DNA of 20,000 nucleotides from an uncultured virus (IMG/VR IMGVR_UViG_3300031612_000006) (IMGVR_UViG_3300031612_000006), one strand, 5' to 3'; positions 9,094-15,819 are shown, numbered from the stretch's first letter. Notes: a model not told the origin generated them from the sequence alone. Translations and numbers: made by a program.

Positions 9094-10893
9094 TTAAGAT
9101 TTATATGGTACTAATCGTCCGTTTTCTCTTTTATAATATACAAAGCCTAAGCTTTTCTTTTCTACTGTCTCTGTTTTCACTTGTTTGTCGTGAAGGTCTA
9201 TATCATGTATAAGGCACAATCCAAAAGCAATCGCCCTATCCGTGTTCCTTAAACCGTAACCTGCTAGTTCGTCTAGTAAGTCAATAAACCATATGTTGTC
9301 GCATTCCTCTTCGATGTACTGTTCCATGAATTGCTCCATCACAGCCTTAGTATGTTTATTCATTTGAATACCATACTTATTCTTATTGACCGTCTTCGGA
9401 GAGTGGGCGGTAGCTGGACGCTCTTTCAAGTATCCTTTACCCCCTGCTCTTTGGAAATAACCTATGACTCCAATACGAGTATACTCTATCAACATTTTGG
9501 CGTTGTAATATACAGCTAATTTTAGACATCCATCCCAGAACTCTTCTGCCGTGTCTGGACGCTCTGTATATTCAGCCACAGGGTATCTGCTGGCGATGTC
9601 CATGTTAAAGAATCGTCTGAATATAATAGCACTACCTAAAGAATCCGTCGATGCTTGGTCTTGGTCATAACTATCAATACCTCCAATATCCAACCCTTTA
9701 AGGTCGGTCTTAGGGTGAGATAGAATCTTGTAAGGACCATATTGGTCTAATACAAATTCAACCTCCATTGAGTCACCAACCCATTCGAGTCGTCCTTTTT
9801 GTATTTGATTTCTAAGAGCATCATCGCTAAGTATCGCACTCCTCTGAGCGTTTATTTTAGATACATTAAACCTTGAGTTCTTAGTTTGTAAGAAGGCTTC
9901 TTCGACGGATAGCGGATAATTCTGAAGCTCTAGATTGTAACCCTTCTGGTTACCTGCGGCATACAGTTGCTCCCTTCTTTCCTTTAAAGCGGCTGTAGCA
10001 CCATCTACATCAGATACTCCCGTATCTTTGTCAAAGAAGCCATGATAACACATAGAAGCTGGAATAAATAGAGGAATAAGATTAAACGCCTCAGCATTAT
10101 AATACATCTCCATAAAATCCTTAGACGCAGCTTCAATATCTCCACCCGTTCCACCAATAATAGGTACACCATATTGGTCATCCCCATCCATGAAACAAGC
10201 TTTAGAAGACATATAAGCATTAAGGAGTTCCTTGAACTCACCAGCTTCTTCAAATACCATCACAGCAAGACGTTCACCCTTATAAACTTCAGGGTTACTC
10301 ATCGTTCGGCAGTGTATTACTGAATGAAATCCTCCAGTTCCCCACTTACCATCTTTAGCTTTTATTTTATACCCAGACTTTAGAACATCATCACCCTCTT
10401 TTAATATTGAGTGCCTGAAGTTACTACTCTGATTGTTTAATCCTGACTTAACCTTATCAAAGAAAGAGGTCGCTGTAACCTGTAAACCCGCAGCCACACC
10501 AACGTGGTTGTACGGATAAAAGGTGTACTCATGGGCTAGTATCCCTGAGTTCATATAACTAAAGCCTTTATCACGAGCTTTAATTACAATCATTCCTTTA
10601 CCTTCTTTCTTGCATCTATCGAACAAATCAAAATAGATTTTATCCATGTCTCTATACCAGGGTGCGATAAGAGTCTTCCTTGAATTCCCTTTCTCTCCTG
10701 TAGAACCTAATATTTTATAATAGTTAAGATAGTAATAGTGCTTACCAGTAATAGCGTCTAAACCCTTAGGTTTAAAGCCTTCCTTACATCTTCTAATCTC
10801 TTCGTCCCAGAACTCTTTAAACGCAATACTATCGGGGCTAACATCAGGCGCACCTATATGTACGATTGGAGCGTACTTTTCTATCTTAGACAT
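9094..10893 (-). CDS. terL: Terminase large subunit
   Basis: 599 aa. Walker A IVIKARDKGFSY, Walker B VMVFEEAG, coupling motif GGTGG, nuclease GGIDSYD and C-terminal DRAIAFGLCL. Confidence 0.93.
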   Translation of the reverse strand: MSKIEKYAPIVHIGAPDVSPDSIAFKEFWDEEIRRCKEGFKPKGLDAITGKHYYYLNYYKILGSTGEKGNSRKTLIAPWYRDMDKIYFDLFDRCKKEGKGMIVIKARDKGFSYMNSGILAHEYTFYPYNHVGVAAGLQVTATSFFDKVKSGLNNQSSNFRHSILKEGDDVLKSGYKIKAKDGKWGTGGFHSVIHCRTMSNPEVYKGERLAVMVFEEAGEFKELLNAYMSSKACFMDGDDQYGVPIIGGTGGDIEAASKDFMEMYYNAEAFNLIPLFIPASMCYHGFFDKDTGVSDVDGATAALKERREQLYAAGNQKGYNLELQNYPLSVEEAFLQTKNSRFNVSKINAQRSAILSDDALRNQIQKGRLEWVGDSMEVEFVLDQYGPYKILSHPKTDLKGLDIGGIDSYDQDQASTDSLGSAIIFRRFFNMDIASRYPVAEYTERPDTAEEFWDGCLKLAVYYNAKMLIEYTRIGVIGYFQRAGGKGYLKERPATAHSPKTVNKNKYGIQMNKHTKAVMEQFMEQYIEEECDNIWFIDLLDELAGYGLRNTDRAIAFGLCLIHDIDLHDKQVKTETVEKKSLGFVYYKRENGRLVPYKS

Positions 10894-11413
10894 TACTTTG
10901 CGCTTGAAGTGTTTCTAAGTAACTCAATTCTCTACTACCAGCAATAGTCTTCTTCTCTCCTCTACGTTCAATAGCATCGAGTAACTTCTGTCTAGTGGCT
11001 AAAATCTTCTCCACGCCAATCATCACCTTCTGGATGTCGGCAGCGTTTTCTATGTTTATCTTAGTGGCGTTTAATAAAGAGGTATATTCATCAATCTTCT
11101 CGTTAAAAGCAGATAGTTGAGCTTCTAATGGGTCGAACTGAAGTTCATTGTACTTGATAATAGCAGACTCAATTTTTTTATTTTTAGTCTTATTCCACTC
11201 ATAGTCTCCGTAAAGGTCTTTACCTACAACTTTCCCACGCTCTTCTTTTGTATAGTGTCTATAAGGGGAATCATAATCCGCCATGTACGCAACAAACATA
11301 AGTGCTTTAAGTCCTAATTTCTTAACGGCAACTAGTTCTGCAAATTCGGGTATACCGTAAATGCCGTCGTCATTAATCAATTCTCCTTGCTTACTTACTT
11401 TAAGTAGATACAT
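10886..11413 (-). CDS. Conserved protein upstream of TerL (putative terminase small subunit)
   Basis: 175 aa, overlaps the terL start. FVAYMADYDSPY motif and helical C-terminus. TerS function is inferred from position only. Confidence 0.55.
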   Translation of the reverse strand: MYLLKVSKQGELINDDGIYGIPEFAELVAVKKLGLKALMFVAYMADYDSPYRHYTKEERGKVVGKDLYGDYEWNKTKNKKIESAIIKYNELQFDPLEAQLSAFNEKIDEYTSLLNATKINIENAADIQKVMIGVEKILATRQKLLDAIERRGEKKTIAGSRELSYLETLQAQSNV

Positions 11414-11696
11414 GCTTTGTGAGTGTGGTTTTCATTACTAATATTCCATGGCTAATGTACGGCATCTGCTCGTATTCTTTGTCTCCATCTTCGTTCACGT
11501 ACACAAAGTCCATTGAAGATACATTACCTCCAGCGAGCTTGTATTCATTACTTATAGGAGTAAAGCCAAGGTCTATGTATTCAGTCATATTATCCAGCTC
11601 ACGGTCTTCACTCATCTGTTTAACAACAGACATACCTAATATTGTACCATCAGGCATTTCTTCAATCCAACCAAACTTAGTTTTTTGCTTTTTCAT
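11400..11696 (-). CDS. Hypothetical protein
   Basis: 98 aa, ATG start, preceded by a consensus promoter and overlapping the next gene. Confidence 0.65.
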   Translation of the reverse strand: MKKQKTKFGWIEEMPDGTILGMSVVKQMSEDRELDNMTEYIDLGFTPISNEYKLAGGNVSSMDFVYVNEDGDKEYEQMPYISHGILVMKTTLTKHVST

Positions 11697-11710
11697 ATAC
11701 CCTTCGTTGT

Positions 11711-11740
11711 CAAAGATAGTTATTTTTTCAACAGGTACAA
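11711..11740 (-). promoter_or_regulatory. Bacteroidota sigma-A promoter for the packaging operon
   Basis: Minus strand TTG (11740-11738), 19-nt spacer, TATCTTTG (11718-11711): canonical -33/-7 layout. Confidence 0.8.
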
Positions 11741-11747
11741 TTTAAGT

Positions 11748-11775
11748 AAAAAAAAAGAGAGTCATAACAACTCTC
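11748..11775 (-). terminator. Intrinsic terminator
   Basis: Minus strand GAGAGU-UGUUAUG-ACUCUC followed by U9, just after the stop at 11798. Confidence 0.8.
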
Positions 11776-11797
11776 CTTAGATAATTAAATACTAAAA

Positions 11798-12151
11798 CTA
11801 TTCTTTCTGTTCTTCGAAATCATTCTTAGTACGTAACGTTTTAACTGCACTCTTAAATGATTTACCAATACTCCTAGCTCCTTTAGATTTACTAACCTTA
11901 GACGCTCTAGATTTAGAGGCAACCCTGTTGTTTGAGTTCCTTACCTTTAACCTCTTTGAAGGCTTTTTAGGTTCACCATCCTTCGGCTTCGGTGTAGGTT
12001 TGGGTGTAGGTTTGGGCTTTGGCGTAGGCTTTGGCTTTGGTTTCGGTGTAGGTTTCGGTTTCGGCTTTGGTGTAGGTTTTTTCATAGGTGGTTTCTTTTT
12101 GGCTGGCGCTGCCTTACTGGCAGGAGCTTTAGATTTAGTTCCTTTTGACAT
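11798..12151 (-). CDS. Lys/Pro-rich basic low-complexity protein
   Basis: 117 aa with (KPTPKP/KP)n repeats. The ATG is 1 nt after the upstream stop and a terminator follows. Confidence 0.7.
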   Translation of the reverse strand: MSKGTKSKAPASKAAPAKKKPPMKKPTPKPKPKPTPKPKPKPTPKPKPTPKPTPKPKDGEPKKPSKRLKVRNSNNRVASKSRASKVSKSKGARSIGKSFKSAVKTLRTKNDFEEQKE

Positions 12152-12152
12152 C

Positions 12153-12317
12153 TTAGTCGTGTTGAATTATTCCACCACCCTTGAAGATAATCTCTCCATT
12201 AGCGTCTAGTTTATCCTTAGGACCAGAGTTCTGAATCTTATCTATCTTCTTTCGGTTTCTCTTACTCTTACGTTTATCCAAAGCCTTAGCTAGGAAATTC
12301 TTTTTCTTGTCGGGCAT
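12153..12317 (-). CDS. Small basic protein (54 aa) ending FKGGGIIQHD
   Basis: Manual translation MPDKKKNFLAKALDKRKSKRNRKKIDKIQNSGPKDKLDANGEIIFKGGGIIQHD. Fills the gap between its neighbours and shares its C-terminus with the upstream ORF. Confidence 0.75.
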   Translation of the reverse strand: MPDKKKNFLAKALDKRKSKRNRKKIDKIQNSGPKDKLDANGEIIFKGGGIIQHD

Positions 12318-12328
12318 AGTATATTTAT

Positions 12329-12787
12329 TTAGTCGTGTTGAATGAATCCACCTTTAGAGTATCCTAAGGCACTTTTAGCTTTCTCGAACATAGAAGGAGG
12401 GGTTTTATTAACAGAACCACTACCAGCACTACCGCTTCTTACGGGGTCTTGAGTTCTATTAACTACCTTATCCATTATAGCCTTACTAGACGCAGATGTA
12501 GTGGGCTTACCCTTCTTAATCCTACGCTTAACTGTATTGCTTGCTCTTTGAGATGGAGTGGTCTTAGTAACCTTATTAAGTACTTTATTTTTAACAGACT
12601 TAACCTTGTCTTTAATCTTCTTTTTTATGCTACCACCATCCTTAAATGAACTTCTAGTTACTGGAGTTCTCTTTGATGGTTCTTCAACTGGACCTCTTCT
12701 GCTATTTATTATAGCTAGCTTTTGTGCTTCAGTATACTTAGGAACCGCTTTAGGCTTACGTTTTAACTTTCTTGTGTCTTTAGGCAT
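12329..12787 (-). CDS. Basic Lys/Arg-rich protein ending YSKGGFIQHD
   Basis: 152 aa, first gene after the promoter at 12816-12823. Confidence 0.75.
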   Translation of the reverse strand: MPKDTRKLKRKPKAVPKYTEAQKLAIINSRRGPVEEPSKRTPVTRSSFKDGGSIKKKIKDKVKSVKNKVLNKVTKTTPSQRASNTVKRRIKKGKPTTSASSKAIMDKVVNRTQDPVRSGSAGSGSVNKTPPSMFEKAKSALGYSKGGFIQHD

Positions 12788-12815
12788 AATACTCTTAGTT
12801 TTAAATTAATAAAAC

Positions 12816-12823
12816 CAAAGATA
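12816..12823 (-). promoter_or_regulatory. Bacteroidota sigma-A -7 element
   Basis: Minus strand TATCTTTG, 28 nt upstream of the ATG at 12787, in an AT-rich context. Confidence 0.65.
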
Positions 12824-13212
12824 ACCTAAAATAATATTATTTATTTTCATAAAAAATTATATAGGTATGTTTTTACGGATGTCTTACCCTAACTACCCCG
12901 TACCTCATAGAAAACTTTGATGCCCCCCTCAATATTTCTAAAGGAACTGAACAAGTTCAGGTATTAAAGCTCTTATATTCCCCATTTACTCCTATATTAT
13001 ACCTAATAGGAACTAACTTACGTCGAGTTTAATAGAAATGTGGGTGTAAGGGTGTGGAGGTGTTCCACTACATAGGTAACAACCTTATTAATCCACTATG
13101 TGCTCATAAAGAAGAGCAAGGAAGGTTGCGTAATAGATGTGAGTAAGCTTGTAACCTCTTACTCTCACTAGGATAACAGCCATACTAATTAGGTTTAAGG
13201 GTTATGCTTAAC

Positions 13213-13242
13213 GCCTTCGGCTTATCCTCTTATCTCTTAGGT
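13213..13242 (+). promoter_or_regulatory. Conserved 30-bp motif copy 1 (variant; candidate phage RNAP promoter)
   Basis: GCCTTCGGCT-TA-TCCTCT-TATCTCT-TAGGT. The repeat is seen directly; the function is inferred. Confidence 0.5.
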
Positions 13243-13305
13243 ATTAATCATCTGTTTCATTTAGATGTTTAGTATCACTCGGTAGGGTCTTATCCACTAT
13301 CCCAC

Positions 13306-13336
13306 CAAAGGTACAATAAATAAATAACAATGTCAA
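13306..13336 (-). promoter_or_regulatory. Bacteroidota sigma-A promoter facing leftwards
   Basis: Minus strand TTG (13336-13334), 20-nt spacer, TACCTTTG (13313-13306). Confidence 0.6.
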
Positions 13337-13404
13337 GTCTTAGCTATGCTAATTCTCTCGATGTTCTTATTCATTTAGATGTTGAGTGGTGTTGGAGTGG
13401 ATAT

Positions 13405-13434
13405 GCCTTCGGCTTGTCCTCTTTGTTCTTTGCT
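13405..13434 (+). promoter_or_regulatory. Conserved 30-bp motif copy 2
   Basis: GCCTTCGGCT-TG-TCCTCT-TTGTTCT-TTGCT. Confidence 0.6.
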
Positions 13435-13444
13435 TTATTCATTA

Positions 13445-13685
13445 AAGTATATTTCGCGTCTATACAAAGCGTTTGCTTAACAGCAAACAAAGGTTGAGGG
13501 CGTGAAAAGACACGCGTAAATTCGGGTGTGAGTGGGAGTGAAAGCCCACACATTATTATGCTTAAACTAATCCATTCTCTTTGGTAAGCTCTGTTGCAAC
13601 AGAGAGCAGATATATCGTCTAAAGATATAGTAAGAGTTTTCGATTAGCTATTAGTAGGCCACACGATGTAAGTCCTACTAATATT
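13445..13685 (+). ncRNA. Putative structured non-coding RNA A
   Basis: No plus-strand ORF in the track. Serial hairpins at 13471-13488, 13500-13515, about 13526-13552, 13589-13604 and 13649-13683. Confidence 0.4.
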
Positions 13686-13741
13686 AAGCTTCACTATCAC
13701 TTATAGTACAACACTTCGTGTTGACTTATATTACCATATAT

Positions 13742-13771
13742 GCCTTCGGCTTCTCCTCTCCTTTATTTGCT
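13742..13771 (+). promoter_or_regulatory. Conserved 30-bp motif copy 3
   Basis: GCCTTCGGCT-TC-TCCTCT-CCTTTAT-TTGCT, ending 23 nt before the ATG at 13795. Confidence 0.65.
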
Positions 13772-13794
13772 ATTATTAATTAAACCCTTTAATT

Positions 13795-13983
13795 ATGAAA
13801 AATACTACCGTTGAGATAGTACTAAGTAATCTTAGTCTAAAAGAACTTCGTTCTTTACACGCTAAATTAATGATTGAAAAGGATACTTCTATTGATAAAA
13901 TAGAGTTGAAAGAGCTTATTATGCTCGTAGACCAATATATGTTCGATGCTTATATCGAAACCGTTGAACTACACCAAGGATAA
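13795..13983 (+). CDS. Small hypothetical (putative early) protein
   Basis: 62 aa, ATG with AT-rich leader, follows motif copy 3, hairpin after the stop. Confidence 0.65.
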   Translation: MKNTTVEIVLSNLSLKELRSLHAKLMIEKDTSIDKIELKELIMLVDQYMFDAYIETVELHQG

Positions 13984-13988
13984 TTAAA

Positions 13989-14254
13989 AGCAACAGGTAA
14001 CTCTGTTGCTCTTAATTTTCACCATCATTACCGTGTACTACGTACACCAAGGCTCTCAGTCCTTGCTAACAACTCTGAGTAGAGGCTTGATGTCCTTGAT
14101 TTATCAATCCATCACCCAGAGCTCCTAAACAAGAGCAACCATAAAAACTGTTTAGACCTACACATAATGTCGTTAAACTTGTTGTAATTAAACGCTTGTA
14201 GTAGTAACCTTAGGCAGTATAGCCGACGCGTCTACTACAAGTGTTTCTTTTATT
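13989..14254 (+). ncRNA. Putative structured non-coding RNA B with pseudoknot
   Basis: Hairpins at 13989-14010, 14033-14047 and 14048-14089, an H-type pseudoknot at 14121-14155, and a 15-bp stem 14190-14204/14232-14246. Confidence 0.5.
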
Positions 14255-14286
14255 ACTAACATTCATTAACTAAATACCTTAAGCGT

Positions 14287-14562
14287 ATGAACAATCTTAA
14301 ATCAGTCGAGACTAAAAGTCTCTCGTTATTGTCTAGCATTGCTAACGACAATAGAATGGCGTACCCTGTTGCTGTAAAAGTAACAGAATTAGGTGGAGAA
14401 AATAGAGTGGAGATAGTCCACGCCCACAACAAAAAGGAAATGCTAGATGTTATAGATGAAATAGCTCAAGCTATCCTAGAATCTGAATACGAATTAGATT
14501 TGAAAATCAGTCGCATCAACCGTTTATCGGCTAACAAATACGCAAGTATTTACTTAAATTAA
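14287..14562 (+). CDS. Hypothetical protein
   Basis: 91 aa, ATG start, AT-rich leader. Confidence 0.7.
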   Translation: MNNLKSVETKSLSLLSSIANDNRMAYPVAVKVTELGGENRVEIVHAHNKKEMLDVIDEIAQAILESEYELDLKISRINRLSANKYASIYLN

Positions 14563-14566
14563 GCTT

Positions 14567-14734
14567 ATGATTAATCTAATCGGAATGCTCGTGCTTATGT
14601 GTGCCTCAATAGGCATTATAGGAATCTTCACTGCTATCAGTGAGTGGAGAAGAGAAAGATTAAAAGTTAGAACTCCCTTAACGGGAACAATAGAAGAGTG
14701 TGAAAACCTAACTAGAGACCGAGAGTGCACCTAG
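14567..14734 (+). CDS. Small single-pass membrane protein (55 aa)
   Basis: Manual translation MINLIGMLVLMCASIGIIGIFTAISEWRRERLKVRTPLTGTIEECENLTRDRECT. Starts 4 nt after the upstream stop. Confidence 0.6.
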   Translation: MINLIGMLVLMCASIGIIGIFTAISEWRRERLKVRTPLTGTIEECENLTRDRECT

Positions 14735-14739
14735 TGTGT

Positions 14740-14770
14740 GCCTTCGGCTATCTCCTCTCTTCTCTTTGCT
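14740..14770 (+). promoter_or_regulatory. Conserved motif copy 4 (31 bp)
   Basis: GCCTTCGGCT-ATC-TCCTCT-CTTCTCT-TTGCT. Confidence 0.6.
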
Positions 14771-14876
14771 TAGAGATAATCTCTTTGCGTTTTAATCTTC
14801 ACTATCATTGCTACAGACAGCATAGTGAATATACTCCTTAAATCCTTAGGAGCGAAAAAAAGGAACCCCTTGCCTT

Positions 14877-15494
14877 ATGTTAGATTTCACTCTACCTACA
14901 GGACTTGCATTAGCTACACAAAAATCAGAACTTCGTTTAAGCTCTGCACACGCTAGTATTGATGCAAAAATTACTTCATTCACCGATGGAGTAGCCCAAA
15001 AGCGAGTTGATGGCGTCTTCAAAGACTTCACTCAAGCACGCTTAACGCTTGTATTCGGCTCTTTAGAATCGGATAATAATACTTATCGCTTTAATCTGCG
15101 TTTTCCAAACAAAACGATTAAAGACATTGCAACGGAGATTTACCTCTTCGACAATGTGCGTGCAAACCCGCCTAAGGCTTCTACCGTTCTCGGTAAGAAA
15201 ATCCTTGAGATGACGGATAAGGACGGCGTGATTCTTTACAGCTCAATAAACGAGTTCGTGGAGAAATTCAAATTATCAGGTAGTACTTCTAAGCTATACT
15301 CAGCTTTGCGTGAGAACAAAATCTCTTGGGATTTATCAAAGTTTGCTGAATCTATCACAGATACAACACTCTCAGTTCAGACTTACTACAACGATAAAAT
15401 GAAGGACTACACGATTTGCACAGTGGACTACAATCCCCGCAAATCTGCGTCCCAAACAACAAAGACTACAACCCGTGGTGGTAGCCTTTGGTAG
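14877..15494 (+). CDS. Hypothetical protein, monocistronic unit
   Basis: 205 aa, flanked by motif copy 4 upstream and a terminator-like hairpin downstream. Confidence 0.8.
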   Translation: MLDFTLPTGLALATQKSELRLSSAHASIDAKITSFTDGVAQKRVDGVFKDFTQARLTLVFGSLESDNNTYRFNLRFPNKTIKDIATEIYLFDNVRANPPKASTVLGKKILEMTDKDGVILYSSINEFVEKFKLSGSTSKLYSALRENKISWDLSKFAESITDTTLSVQTYYNDKMKDYTICTVDYNPRKSASQTTKTTTRGGSLW

Positions 15495-15500
15495 AAATAT

Positions 15501-15535
15501 TAGGAGTGCTCTTAGGAGTGCTCCTATTATTCTTT
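15501..15535 (+). terminator. Terminator-like hairpin
   Basis: UAGGAGUGCUC-UUAG-GAGUGCUCCUA (11 bp with tandem U-G/G-U pairs) followed by UUAUUCUUU. Confidence 0.7.
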
Positions 15536-15542
15536 AATTAGA

Positions 15543-15629
15543 ATACTATTACTAAATACCTTAATACTATTACTGCATACCTTGATACTATTACTAGATG
15601 CACCCTTGATACCTTGATACTATTTCTAG
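15543..15629. repeat. Degenerate 21-bp tandem repeat (ATACTATTACTnnATACCTTr)
   Basis: Units start at 15543, 15564, 15585 and 15617, with a partial ATACCTTG at 15609. Confidence 0.85.
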
Positions 15630-15743
15630 GTACAGGCTTGTTCGTGCCTCACAAGTAAGCTAACATGTGTTCACTATCACATGAACAGTAGTATGAACGG
15701 TACTTTATCAACCAATTTGAAAACAAGACTTCGTCTTTGGTTA

Positions 15744-15773
15744 GCCTTCGGCTTCTCCTCTGTTTTCCTTGCT
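15744..15773 (+). promoter_or_regulatory. Conserved 30-bp motif copy 5
   Basis: GCCTTCGGCT-TC-TCCTCT-GTTTTCC-TTGCT. Confidence 0.65.
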
Positions 15774-15819
15774 CATATAATTCCTTTCTTATTTATAAAG
15801 GTGTTGAGTGTTAAGATAT

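Noticed and set aside
6834..10893. Introns or inteins in terminase or portal
   Set aside because: Both ORFs are continuous, of ordinary length, and show no intein or homing-endonuclease motifs.
13371..13553. Minus-strand 60-aa ORF
   Set aside because: It crosses motif copy 2 and several hairpins, has no recognisable features, and is better explained as non-coding.
13213..15773. CRISPR or mini-array interpretation of the 30-bp repeats
   Set aside because: Start-to-start spacings are 192, 337, 998 and 1004 bp and contain genes. The repeat has variable internal positions, and no cas genes are in the window.
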